This document shows positions 9,625 through 18,595 of a stretch of 64,000 nucleotides of DNA, in pieces. The stretch comes from Clostridia bacterium (GTDB lineage: Bacteria > Bacillota > Clostridia > Christensenellales > UBA1242): assembly GCA_017623705.1 (NCBI GenBank), contig JAGAOQ010000021.1:9485-73484 (forward strand). Reading direction: 5' to 3'. Each line of letters begins with the position of its first letter. Within the stretch, counting starts at the first letter, position 1. The position numbers were made by a program, and so were the translations under genes. The notes beneath the pieces are model-generated. The model made no database searches. It was not told the origin of the DNA and saw only the letters and a program-made list of their open reading frames with translations.

Positions 9625-10176
9625 TTATTTAGCTGCTTTTGCTTTTGAAGCAGTTTTCTTTGCAGGAGCTTTTGGAGCTTCGGCAACAACTTCTTCCTTA
9701 GCTGGTTGAGCAACTGGTTCTGCAACTACTGCTTTCGCTGGAACGTTAGTTGTTTCAATGAAACGTGTTGCACCTTTAATCAATGGATATAAACCAAAGA
9801 CAATGAAAGGAACCCATAATTGATAGAATGATTCAATCGCTCTTTCACCTACGAACAAGACGAAATCTTGTCCGTTAGCAGAAGCGATTACCACCAAAAC
9901 AATCAAGATAAGTGAGATAACGCTACCCATTACCATGTAAATCACACTAACAGCTTTTTTGCTATTTTGTAATGATTTAACGATTGTAACAGCAACCATA
10001 CCGAAGAAGAACAAAATGGTCGAAATTAACAACGCAATGTTGTAGAAACTTTCAATCCAGTTCTTATCAGCGATGAATTCCGAATTATTTACCCAAGCAA
10101 TAACTGCAATCACTCCGCCGATTAAGAATAAGAATGCTAGTGAAAGTCGCGACCAGTTCTTACGAATAAAATCCAT
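9625..10176 (-). CDS. membrane protein with A/K/P-rich C-terminal tail
   Basis: 183 aa. Four predicted TM helices, then AKAVVAEPVAQPAKEEVVAEAPKAPAKKTASKAKAAK. No family recognised. Confidence 0.6.
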   Translation of the reverse strand: MDFIRKNWSRLSLAFLFLIGGVIAVIAWVNNSEFIADKNWIESFYNIALLISTILFFFGMVAVTIVKSLQNSKKAVSVIYMVMGSVISLILIVLVVIASANGQDFVLFVGERAIESFYQLWVPFIVFGLYPLIKGATRFIETTNVPAKAVVAEPVAQPAKEEVVAEAPKAPAKKTASKAKAAK

Positions 10177-10335
10177 GACTTTTTCTCCTTTTAATTTGGG
10201 CGTATCCCAAAAAATTTTTACATAAAGTAAATCTACTATATTATAGCTTTGATTTGCATTTTTACCAAATCATTTTTACCTTACCGAGTAAATTTAATCT
10301 TGACATTTTAGTACGTTAACATGTTAACCTAGAAC

Positions 10336-11151
10336 ATGCCAGAATTACCCGAAGTTGAAACGGTGCGTTCAATTTTACTACCATATCTAGTGGGTCGTAG
10401 AATCACGAACACAATTATTAACCTGCCCAAAGTCGTTGCGAACATGAATCCATCGGCGTTTATTACCGCCACAAGCGAACAGACAATTACCGACTTTTCA
10501 CGGCGGGGCAAGTTTTTAACCTTACATTTACAGAGCGGGGCATACCTTGTAATTCATTTGCGTATGACGGGAACTTTGACCGTCAAACCGACCAACAGTC
10601 CTGCGGAAAAACACACCAACTTAATTTTAAGTTTGGATAACGGACAAGATTTACGTTACATCGATTCCCGTGGTTTTGGACATTGGTGGTATTTTGAACC
10701 CGACCAACCCGATACCAGCGGACAACTTTTACTCGGTCCCGAACCCAAAGATGTTACTTTGCCGTACTTGCGGGATAAATTAAGCCAACGCAAAACAGCA
10801 ATCAAAACTTTACTGCTGGACCAACACATTATCGCCGGAATTGGCAACATTTACGCCGACGAAATTTGCTTTCGCACCCAAATTCGACCCACTCGCAGTG
10901 GTGCCAGCTTGTCTGAGACAGAATTTCAACGCTTAGTTGCGGTAATTCCCGCCGTAATTGATGAATTTATTCAAATTCACCGTGTCCCATTTGCGACTTA
11001 CGCCATCGAAAAAGGCAAAAGCTACCAAAAATCGACTAACCGTGCCGTCTACGGACGAGCAGGGCAACCATGTCAAAAATGCGGACACCCACTAATCGGC
11101 ACCCGCATTGGACAACGCAGTTCAGTATTTTGTGAACACTGTCAAAAATAA
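10336..11151 (+). CDS. mutM: formamidopyrimidine-DNA glycosylase
   Basis: N-terminal MPELPEVETV, and a C-terminal zinc finger CQKCGHPL...VFCEHCQ. Confidence 0.9.
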   Translation: MPELPEVETVRSILLPYLVGRRITNTIINLPKVVANMNPSAFITATSEQTITDFSRRGKFLTLHLQSGAYLVIHLRMTGTLTVKPTNSPAEKHTNLILSLDNGQDLRYIDSRGFGHWWYFEPDQPDTSGQLLLGPEPKDVTLPYLRDKLSQRKTAIKTLLLDQHIIAGIGNIYADEICFRTQIRPTRSGASLSETEFQRLVAVIPAVIDEFIQIHRVPFATYAIEKGKSYQKSTNRAVYGRAGQPCQKCGHPLIGTRIGQRSSVFCEHCQK

Positions 11152-11985
11152 TTATGCTTTTTCGTCAACTTTTTCAAAGAAAGCTAGACCCACACAGTTT
11201 GGACCACCATGTGCCCCAACGATTGGCCCGATTTCACGCTTTTCGGTAAAGTCGAAACTAAATATTTGCTTGAAGTCTTCCGCTTTTTCGCTGTTGTGAA
11301 TATGTCCGTAATAAATCGGCATCGTCAAATCGACATTATTTGTTAAGCGTAATACTTGGCGTTTAGCTAAATTATAACCTAACCCTTTGGCAACCATTTG
11401 CAACTTCTTATTCACCACACCAATAATCGGTTTTAAGTGCAAAGTGTTGGCCAATAAACCTTTCACAAAACTAATGCGTCCGCCTTTAACTAGATATTTT
11501 GTCGTGTCCGCAATGAAATAAATTCGTACCCTTGCCCGTAAAGCTTCCATCGCTTGTGCCAAACTATCCAAAGTCGCACCCGCTTCAATCAACTTACGTG
11601 CTTCCATTACCAACGCATAATATGCCAACGTGAAAGTTTGTGTATCAAAAATCACGAGGTTAGGGGAGTTTAATTCGTTGGCAGCTTGTGTCAAGCTGTT
11701 GAAAGTTCCCGATAAACCACTGGAAACCGACATCACAAAAACTTGGTCGCCCGCATCAAGTAATGGCTTGATAACTTGCACGTAATCATGAGCATTGATT
11801 TGCATTGTCTTCGGCATTGTCTTTGCTTTCGGGAGCAAATCGTAAAAAGTGTCGTTATCTAAATTTTCGCCCGCCAAATATTCTTGGTCGTCAATTATCA
11901 TTCGCATCGGCATTGAAATAATGCCTAACTTTTTGGCTTCTTCCGCACCAATTTCGCAAGTGCAGTCAACAACTAATCTTATCAT
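11152..11985 (-). CDS. DegV family fatty-acid-binding protein
   Basis: 277 aa. Typical DegV layout (IRLVVDCTCEI..., SSGLSGTFNS, KGGRIS). Confidence 0.85.
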   Translation of the reverse strand: MIRLVVDCTCEIGAEEAKKLGIISMPMRMIIDDQEYLAGENLDNDTFYDLLPKAKTMPKTMQINAHDYVQVIKPLLDAGDQVFVMSVSSGLSGTFNSLTQAANELNSPNLVIFDTQTFTLAYYALVMEARKLIEAGATLDSLAQAMEALRARVRIYFIADTTKYLVKGGRISFVKGLLANTLHLKPIIGVVNKKLQMVAKGLGYNLAKRQVLRLTNNVDLTMPIYYGHIHNSEKAEDFKQIFSFDFTEKREIGPIVGAHGGPNCVGLAFFEKVDEKA

Positions 11986-12035
11986 ACCTAATCATAGCAT
12001 GATAAATCACAAATATGCTAGCAAAATTATTTTGT

Positions 12036-12989
12036 TTAGTTAACTCGAATCGCACCGTTATCGCACTTGTTGCCCCAAGAGTCAATTAACTTGTTATCTC
12101 GGTACACACACATGATTTCGCAGTGGTTTGCACATTTTGGACATTCAAAACCTTTGGTCTTAAAGTCTAAACCAGTAATGTTAAAGTCAAACGCCCGTTC
12201 AATACCCGATTTTTGTGCCAAAATTGCCACGCCGAACGCCCCCATCAAGTGTCCATTCGGGTCAACTGTAACTTCACAACCAACAGCATCTTCAAAAGCT
12301 TTCTTCACGCCGATGTTTTTGCTGACACCACCTTGGAAAACAATGGGAGCTTTTACTCGTTTGCCTTTACCCACGTTGTTTAAGTAGTTGGTTACGACTG
12401 CTTTACATAAACCAGCAATAATATCTTCCTTTTTGTGTCCCATTTGAGCTTTATGCACCAAATCGCTTTCCGCAAACACAGTACAACGAGCCGCAATGTT
12501 CGTCGGTTGCTTACTGGTTAAGGCAATCGACCCAAATTCTTCCACCGAAACACCCAAACGATGAGCTTGACTGCTTAAAAATGAACCTGTACCTGCCGCA
12601 CATAAGGTGTTCATGGCGTAATCCACTACATAACCGTTTTCGATAATGACAATTTTACTGTCTTGACCGCCAATTTCAAAAATTGTGTTGACGTCAGGGT
12701 AGAGTGTTGTCGTACCAATCGCATGAGCGGTAATTTCATTTTTTACCACGCTGGCGTTGGTAACCGCACCAATCAATTTTCTAGCACTACCAGTTGTTCC
12801 CACACCAACCACTTGAATGTTTTTGCCTTTGATTTGTTTTTCCAAAGACTTCAACAAGCGTTTTACCGCATTCATCGGGTCGCCTTCCGTCCACAAGTAA
12901 TCACTTGCCACAATCGTGTTTTTTTCGTCAATCACAACACCTTTTGTCGAGATTGAACCAATATCAATACCAATATAACCTTTTTTCAT
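12036..12989 (-). CDS. BadF/BadG/BcrA/BcrD-type ATPase (CoA-substrate-specific enzyme activase-like)
   Basis: GIDIGSISTKGVVIDE and GVGTTGSAR are acetate/sugar-kinase-fold motifs. A Cys cluster lies at the C-terminus. Confidence 0.8.
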   Translation of the reverse strand: MKKGYIGIDIGSISTKGVVIDEKNTIVASDYLWTEGDPMNAVKRLLKSLEKQIKGKNIQVVGVGTTGSARKLIGAVTNASVVKNEITAHAIGTTTLYPDVNTIFEIGGQDSKIVIIENGYVVDYAMNTLCAAGTGSFLSSQAHRLGVSVEEFGSIALTSKQPTNIAARCTVFAESDLVHKAQMGHKKEDIIAGLCKAVVTNYLNNVGKGKRVKAPIVFQGGVSKNIGVKKAFEDAVGCEVTVDPNGHLMGAFGVAILAQKSGIERAFDFNITGLDFKTKGFECPKCANHCEIMCVYRDNKLIDSWGNKCDNGAIRVN

Positions 12990-14086
12990 TATTTTGCTCC
13001 TTTTGTTGTGTTTTTACGTGCGATAACCATGTCATAAAATGCTTCTAACCGAGTTTTGATACCCGTTTCGCTGGTTTGCGAATCAAAACTAAAATTCAAA
13101 ATCGGGATTTTGTAGTCATTACTGATGTTTTGCAAAATCGGCATCGCATCAATTTCGGGGGTACAACCAAACGCTTTGACTTGAATTACGCCGTCCATAC
13201 CTTGCTTCACATAAGACAATGCTTCGGCAATGGTGTAAGTTGCGGTTGCCCCGGGATTAAACTTAGCGTATTTTTTCCCGAAACGGTGGCGTTTTTTCCA
13301 TTGATTTTTAATCAAAGTGTTTGTCAAGTTCATATCACGGAAAACTTCCATTCCCATAGCAGCCAACTCTTTTTCCATGTAGTAGTTACTAAACGGTTCT
13401 TGCACTGTATAATAGTCGCCGACCATGCCAACTTTCAAAGTTTTTGCTGGTTTATTCACAGGAATTTGTTTCAAACGTCGCAGAAAAGTCTTTTTAACCC
13501 GTTTCAGTTGTTTGCCGTTCTCGACTTTTTCCAAAGCTGCCAAAAATTCCTTTTGCAAAGCTTCAAAATCACCATCATTGACTTCAAAACCGATGTGATG
13601 ACGTAAATAATCGTCAAATTCGTCAATCAACTTAATCATGTTCGTCATCGTTGGAATTGCCGCAACAACTTTCGGCAAAGATACGTTCGGGTTAATCATT
13701 TTCATGTGTTCAATAATCGAACGTGGGGAAGTCCACTTAATTTCCGCCATGTTCATAAATTGAAACTTGTAACCCATGTCGCTCAAAATTTGTGCCGCTA
13801 ATTCGCCGTAATAATTCAAACGACAAGCTCCAAAAATCTGCATCAAGCAGTTTGCACCTTTTTCCAAAGCTTCCAAATAGCAACCTAAACAATACTTAAA
13901 CGGCACGCAAACGTAGTCAGGACTGTAACGACTGCCTAACTCCAACGTGCGACGAGTAATTGGTGGCGGTGTCATGTACTTCACCCCGAAACCACGTTCA
14001 ATCAAAAACTTAAAAGCGTAAGAATAATTACCCCATTGCGGGAAACACGCAATAATTTCATTGTTCACATTTTCAGCCATGAGCAT
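12989..14086 (-). CDS. activase-associated protein (2-hydroxyacyl-CoA dehydratase-related, DUF2229-like)
   Basis: 365 aa, translationally coupled to the activase. The three-gene arrangement matches the activase plus two DUF2229-type partners common in Firmicutes. Family assignment is from memory. Confidence 0.55.
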   Translation of the reverse strand: MLMAENVNNEIIACFPQWGNYSYAFKFLIERGFGVKYMTPPPITRRTLELGSRYSPDYVCVPFKYCLGCYLEALEKGANCLMQIFGACRLNYYGELAAQILSDMGYKFQFMNMAEIKWTSPRSIIEHMKMINPNVSLPKVVAAIPTMTNMIKLIDEFDDYLRHHIGFEVNDGDFEALQKEFLAALEKVENGKQLKRVKKTFLRRLKQIPVNKPAKTLKVGMVGDYYTVQEPFSNYYMEKELAAMGMEVFRDMNLTNTLIKNQWKKRHRFGKKYAKFNPGATATYTIAEALSYVKQGMDGVIQVKAFGCTPEIDAMPILQNISNDYKIPILNFSFDSQTSETGIKTRLEAFYDMVIARKNTTKGAK

Positions 14087-14993
14087 GCTCCTTTTTGAAA
14101 TTTAAGATGTCGACATAACTTTCCAAACGAGTTTCCAAACCCGCAGTACCGTCTTGCGTATCCATGGTTAAGACCAAAATTGGCTTATCCTTAACTTTAC
14201 GAGTAATCATTTCGTTGACCATACTGTCTGGACCGCACGGGAAAGTGGTTAAAATCACAATCCCGTCCACTTCGTCGTGGTACTTTGCGATTGCCCCCAC
14301 AAGATGTTGGTTGTATCCCCAGGGCAGTGTTGAACTAATTTCTTTGAACTGGTGGATACATTCGTAAGCATCGAAGTGTTCCGCAATGATTGGTTCACAA
14401 TTTAATTGACGCAAGCTACGTAAAATCGGTTCACCCACAAACTTGTCGCCGATATTGTAAGCATGAGCAACGACCAAAACTTTATTTTTTTTGGTTTCAC
14501 GCAAAGTTTGGATTTGAGCTTGACTGCGGAACATTTCAAAGTATTGTTGTGCTTGACGAGCTTTGGTATAAGCATCTTTAATCACCGCACCTTTCAAACC
14601 GAGGAATTTACCCATTTTTTTGAAAGCTTTGTATTCTGCACGTGGACCTTTTTTATGTAAATTATAAAAGAGCAGTTGGATTTCACGATCACGGAAAGTG
14701 TTCCTTACCAAATCAATTTGTGCCAAAAATTTCGTACACATTTGAGCTCGATAAGCAAATTCAACCCGAGGAACAAAAATGTAATCACATTTCCCGATTA
14801 ACCAGTCAATATGCCCCAACAAAATTTTCGTCGGTAAACAAGCTTCGTCAATCGCTAAATTTTCCCCACGAGTAATAATATCTTTGGTCGTTACTGGACT
14901 AATCACATACTCAATGCCCGCTTGGTCAAAGAAAGTTGTCCAAAACTTCTCATTTTTATAATAAAGTAAAGCTCTTGGTATCCCAATTTTCAT
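14073..14993 (-). CDS. activase-associated protein (DUF2229-like), first gene of the triad
   Basis: 306 aa. MKIGIPRALLYY N-terminus is typical of this family. It overlaps the next gene by 14 nt. Confidence 0.55.
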   Translation of the reverse strand: MKIGIPRALLYYKNEKFWTTFFDQAGIEYVISPVTTKDIITRGENLAIDEACLPTKILLGHIDWLIGKCDYIFVPRVEFAYRAQMCTKFLAQIDLVRNTFRDREIQLLFYNLHKKGPRAEYKAFKKMGKFLGLKGAVIKDAYTKARQAQQYFEMFRSQAQIQTLRETKKNKVLVVAHAYNIGDKFVGEPILRSLRQLNCEPIIAEHFDAYECIHQFKEISSTLPWGYNQHLVGAIAKYHDEVDGIVILTTFPCGPDSMVNEMITRKVKDKPILVLTMDTQDGTAGLETRLESYVDILNFKKEHAHG

Positions 14994-15014
14994 TTTATCC
15001 TCCTCGTTTGTTAA

Positions 15015-15869
15015 TTATTTAGCAAAGAAAGCTACGCCCAAAGCGTTTGGACCAACGTGTGTTCCAATCGTGCTACCATACATGTAAACAGGAATATCTT
15101 TAATATTAGTAACGTGTTCTTGCCACAAAGAAGCACTGTCTTCCAAATATTTTCGCAAATATTCATCACGATAACCCGAGAAAATCAAACCGTAAGGCAT
15201 TTCAAAATCAATTCCGCCCACTTTTTCCACTAATTGCATTAACAAGTTGTTACTTTTTTTGCTTCCCATGGCTTTACCAACTAACTTAACTTCGCCGTTG
15301 ATTACCGAAATTACTGGTTTAATTGAAAGCAATTCACCCGCAAATGCCGTCAGGGTAGAGATGCGTCCGCCTTTGCGTAAGTATTTCAAAGTGTCAACAA
15401 CCGCAATTACTTGCAATTTTTTCTTTTTCGTTTCCAATTCTTCCGCAATTTCATTTGCCGCTTTACCTTCTGCAATTAAACGCAAAGCATAATCACACAA
15501 AACTCGTTCACCAGTCGCTGCACTCAAACTGTCAATCACAAAAACTTGATGCGGGAATTTTTTTGCCGCCATTTTAGCATTATTATATGTCCCCGATAGC
15601 TTTGATGAAATCGTAATCGCAATAACTTGACTACCGTCCGCCGTTAATTTCTCAAATTGCTCCGTCCAGCGGTATTCGTTAATTTGACTGGTTTTTGGCA
15701 ATTCGTTACTTTCCACCAACTTTTCTAAAAATTGTTGTGGCAATAAGTTTACACCGTCTAAATAAACATCTTCGCCAAAACGAACTTCCAGCGGAATCAT
15801 GTAAATACCTTTCTTTTCAGCTTCCTCTTGTGTAATATCCGAAGCACTATCAATTAAAACTTTAATCAT
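15015..15869 (-). CDS. DegV family fatty-acid-binding protein (second copy)
   Basis: 284 aa. MIKVLIDSASDI, SSKLSGTYNN, RKGGRIS. Confidence 0.85.
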   Translation of the reverse strand: MIKVLIDSASDITQEEAEKKGIYMIPLEVRFGEDVYLDGVNLLPQQFLEKLVESNELPKTSQINEYRWTEQFEKLTADGSQVIAITISSKLSGTYNNAKMAAKKFPHQVFVIDSLSAATGERVLCDYALRLIAEGKAANEIAEELETKKKKLQVIAVVDTLKYLRKGGRISTLTAFAGELLSIKPVISVINGEVKLVGKAMGSKKSNNLLMQLVEKVGGIDFEMPYGLIFSGYRDEYLRKYLEDSASLWQEHVTNIKDIPVYMYGSTIGTHVGPNALGVAFFAK

Positions 15870-16321
15870 TTATTTCCTCCATAATTTTCACAAATTTGCG
15901 TTAAGTTATTTGAAATTTGCGTCAAAGCTTTGTAAAAAATACCACGCTCAGTTTCCGTAATTCCGCTACCACCCATTTCTAACATGGTCGAAATCTTATC
16001 CAAAATAATCGCCGAATCACTTTTGCCTTTTTCCGTTAATTTAATCGGGTTGCGGTATTTTTGCGTGCTTTGTTCGTCTAAGTAAACTAGGTCTTTGTTC
16101 ATCAATTCTTTTACCGTTCTTGACATTGCACCCTTGTCTTCGTTACACAAGTCGCAAAGCTCAGTCAAACTTGCTCCGTCTTTTTTCTTGTCGAGAATAA
16201 ACATACATTGAACTTGTTTTCCCTTCAAACCGAGTTCAGCAACTTCGCTGTTTTTAATTTTTTGAATACACCGTGAGATGTTCAAAATTAAGTCCGTAAA
16301 AAGTTGATACCTATGTTCCAT
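15866..16321 (-). CDS. MarR family transcriptional regulator
   Basis: 151 aa winged-helix pattern (LTELCDLCNEDKGAMSRTVKELMNKDLV). Its stop overlaps the degV start by 4 nt. Confidence 0.8.
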   Translation of the reverse strand: MEHRYQLFTDLILNISRCIQKIKNSEVAELGLKGKQVQCMFILDKKKDGASLTELCDLCNEDKGAMSRTVKELMNKDLVYLDEQSTQKYRNPIKLTEKGKSDSAIILDKISTMLEMGGSGITETERGIFYKALTQISNNLTQICENYGGNK

Positions 16322-16437
16322 ACTTAACCTGCATATAGAGTATTATTAAATTGTTGTCATGTCAACGATTTATCTAATTATTTACAAAAAAAATCTCCAC
16401 CAAGCTGATGAAGATTTTATTCCGCTAGTAATCGTAA

Positions 16438-16653
16438 TCAATATTTGCGTCTTACGTAAATAGCACCACGCCAGATCGCACTAACGATCAGCCATAGGGT
16501 AGCCAGCAAGACTAAAATGTAGACGATAATTGACCCGATGTTATAGCCACCGAAAATCCAATCTACCAAATTAAAGTTGAAGATACCAACTAACCCCCAA
16601 TTTAATCCGCCGATACACAACACAATTAAACTAATAATGTTTGCGATAATCAT
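16438..16653 (-). CDS. DUF378-family small membrane protein
   Basis: 71 aa. GGLNWGLVGIFNFNLV motif. GGGAGG RBS. Confidence 0.7.
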   Translation of the reverse strand: MIIANIISLIVLCIGGLNWGLVGIFNFNLVDWIFGGYNIGSIIVYILVLLATLWLIVSAIWRGAIYVRRKY

Positions 16654-16745
16654 AATCTACCTCCCTAAACCTATTATGCGTGGAAAGGAACAAAATATGT
16701 AAAAAAAACTTCACCGAACAGATGAAGTTTTTCACAAAAGAACGA

Positions 16746-16822
16746 TGGTGGAGGTGAGCGGATTCGAACCGCTGACCCCCTGCTTGCAGGGCAGGTGCTC
16801 CGACCAGCTGAGCTACACCCCC
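16746..16822 (-). tRNA. tRNA-Ala (anticodon UGC), CCA encoded
   Basis: Hand-folded cloverleaf: GGGGGTG/CACCTCC acceptor stem with the G3:U70 Ala identity pair, anticodon stem CCTGC/GCAGG, loop CCTGCAA, T-loop GGTTCGAATCC. Confidence 0.9.
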
Positions 16823-16836
16823 AGGTTCTAAAAAAT

Positions 16837-16865
16837 ATTTTAGAAAACTTGTAGCTTTTTGTCAA
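16837..16865 (-). promoter_or_regulatory. sigma70-type promoter for tRNA-Ala (TTGACA-17 nt-TAAAAT)
   Basis: The minus strand reads ttgacaaaaagctacaagttttctaaaat. The -10 box ends 14 nt before the tRNA 5' end. Confidence 0.6.
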
Positions 16866-16871
16866 GTACTA

Positions 16872-16880
16872 TGTTATAAT
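16872..16880 (+). promoter_or_regulatory. extended -10 promoter TGTTATAAT for tRNA-Arg
   Basis: TGTTATAAT lies 19 nt upstream of the tRNA-Arg 5' end. The same 9-mer or near-identical copies recur before gyrB, yidC, 35486 and 62513. Confidence 0.6.
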
Positions 16881-16899
16881 TATTTTGTTCAAGCAAAAC

Positions 16900-16976
16900 G
16901 CACCGCTAGCTCAGCTGGATAGAGCGTCTGTCTACGGAACAGAAGGTCGAGCGTTCGAATCGCCCGCGGTGCACCA
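16900..16976 (+). tRNA. tRNA-Arg (anticodon ACG), CCA encoded
   Basis: Hand-folded: acceptor GCACCGC/GCGGTGC, D-arm GCTC-AGCTGGATA-GAGC, anticodon loop CTACGGA, T-loop TTCGAAT (one A:C mismatch in the T stem). Confidence 0.9.
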
Positions 16977-17071
16977 CAAGTAAATAATACGAACGGAAAA
17001 TTTGCGATAACTGGCAAATTTTATGCCAGGGATTTTTGGGGCGTGAAAATTGAATTAAATATTTAAGACAG

Positions 17072-17100
17072 AAAACTCAAGTTGAAATTTGAGTTTTTTT
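17072..17100 (+). terminator. rho-independent terminator after tRNA-Arg
   Basis: aaaactcaa-gttgaaat-ttgagtttt followed by a T-run. Confidence 0.6.
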
Positions 17101-17206
17101 GTTAATTAAAGTTAATGTTGCTTTTTGTATTTATCATTTATGAATATTCCATTTACACACTTTAATATTTTGATATATACTATTTAAGTATTTTTGACGA
17201 TTTCAT

Positions 17207-18595
17207 ATGATAAACTTTGATAAAGAATCCCAGTTATATGAAAAGTCGTTAGACGTGAATTATAAAAAGTCTAATGGTGTTTTTTACACTGATTTAAATT
17301 TGGCTCAATTAATAATGAATGAAATTGAGTTTAAACATCCCGATGTAAGAGTAATAGATCCTTGTTGTGGTACTGGTGTTTTTGTAAAAATAGCCGTTGA
17401 TAAAGGATTAAATAATGTTTATGGAATTGATTTGGATAAAACTGCTATTAGTCTTGCAAAAAAGATGTGTCCATCAGCTAATTTAAAATCAATGGATAGT
17501 ATCTCGAATGATTTTAACGAGATTATGAAAAAATTTAAAATCAAAGAAAAATTTGACTATGTTATTGGGAATCCGCCATATGTTCCTTTAACATCTGCAT
17601 CATTAAAAACACAAGAATATTTATTTTTAAGACAAGTTAAAAATTATGGGGATAATCTTTACATTGCTGCACTGTTACGAGCCAAGGAGATGTTAAATGA
17701 CGACGGAATTATTTCTTACATTATACCTAAAAATTTTTTGCACGTTGATTCTTATAGTTTTCTAAGAAGGGAGTTATTGCGCGATTTTTCAATCATTTCT
17801 ATTGTTGACATCGGGATGTATTTCAAAAAAGTTAGAGGCGAACAGATTGTTTTAACATTGCAAAAGAAGAAAAATGCCAATAATGTTATTAAGTTAAAAA
17901 AACTAATCAATAATAAATTTGAGTTTTTAACTGAAATAAGACAAGATTTTTACACAGACAAAATTATTATATTTGAAAATAAAGAAGATGTTGAAATTTA
18001 TAGAAAATTTAACAAATCATACACAACATTAAACGATTATGTTAATGGTTACGTTGGCAGGGGACATTCGCAATCTTCAAATGCAATTTGCGGTAAAGAT
18101 ATTAGAAAATTTGGACTCAAATCTCTACCACAACAAGAAGATGGTAGCCAAATATTTATACAAAATATTTATAGTGCGGAAGCTGGTATAATAGCTTGTT
18201 TCGGTGGAAAACTTGAAGCAAATGAAACCGTTACCATTTTTACTGATGGTGATTCAACAATGTGCAGGTATGTATTAGGCATTATCCATTCGAAATTGAT
18301 AAATTTCTATTTACTTAAATATTGTTATAATAATTCATCTGTAACAATGCACGTTGATGCTAAATATTTACGTAGTATTCCTTTTATTGTTGATAATGAA
18401 AATTTTAACATTGTTCTAGAATACGTCGATAAACTAGAAAGTTTGGACTATATGTCAAATGAGTGGTTTGAATATTGTAACCTGTTGAATAGAATAGTTT
18501 ATAGAATTTATAATTTATCAGAAAAAGAAATTAATTTTATTGATGCATTTATTAAAAAAACTCAATCAAAAAAGTGGGACAGAAATGGCAAATAG
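17207..18595 (+). CDS. N6-adenine DNA methyltransferase (gamma-class, Eco57I/TaqI-like)
   Basis: 462 aa. GVFYTD (motif X), IDPCCGTGVF (motif I), IGNPPYVP (motif IV), long C-terminal target-recognition region. Confidence 0.8.
   Translation: MINFDKESQLYEKSLDVNYKKSNGVFYTDLNLAQLIMNEIEFKHPDVRVIDPCCGTGVFVKIAVDKGLNNVYGIDLDKTAISLAKKMCPSANLKSMDSISNDFNEIMKKFKIKEKFDYVIGNPPYVPLTSASLKTQEYLFLRQVKNYGDNLYIAALLRAKEMLNDDGIISYIIPKNFLHVDSYSFLRRELLRDFSIISIVDIGMYFKKVRGEQIVLTLQKKKNANNVIKLKKLINNKFEFLTEIRQDFYTDKIIIFENKEDVEIYRKFNKSYTTLNDYVNGYVGRGHSQSSNAICGKDIRKFGLKSLPQQEDGSQIFIQNIYSAEAGIIACFGGKLEANETVTIFTDGDSTMCRYVLGIIHSKLINFYLLKYCYNNSSVTMHVDAKYLRSIPFIVDNENFNIVLEYVDKLESLDYMSNEWFEYCNLLNRIVYRIYNLSEKEINFIDAFIKKTQSKKWDRNGK

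Noticed and set aside
13076-13606. 176-aa plus-strand ORF, and many other 60-130-aa ORFs antisense to long genes (for example 3504-3776, 5241-5633, 7052-7456, 9081-9497, 12663-12956, 53764-54105, 58394-58798)
   Set aside because: All lie inside longer opposite-strand genes with clear family motifs. None has a convincing RBS or promoter.
16674-16865. 63-aa minus-strand ORF
   Set aside because: It simply reads through the tRNA-Ala gene (WGCSSAGRSTCPASRGSAVRIRSPPP is the tRNA sequence translated).
16997-17029. Two overlapping alternative hairpins after tRNA-Arg (aaaatttgc/gcaaatttt and ctggca/tgccag)
   Set aside because: The stems are short and AT-rich, and no downstream gene is available for them to regulate before the terminator at 17072-17100. 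They are probably fortuitous or part of tRNA 3' processing.
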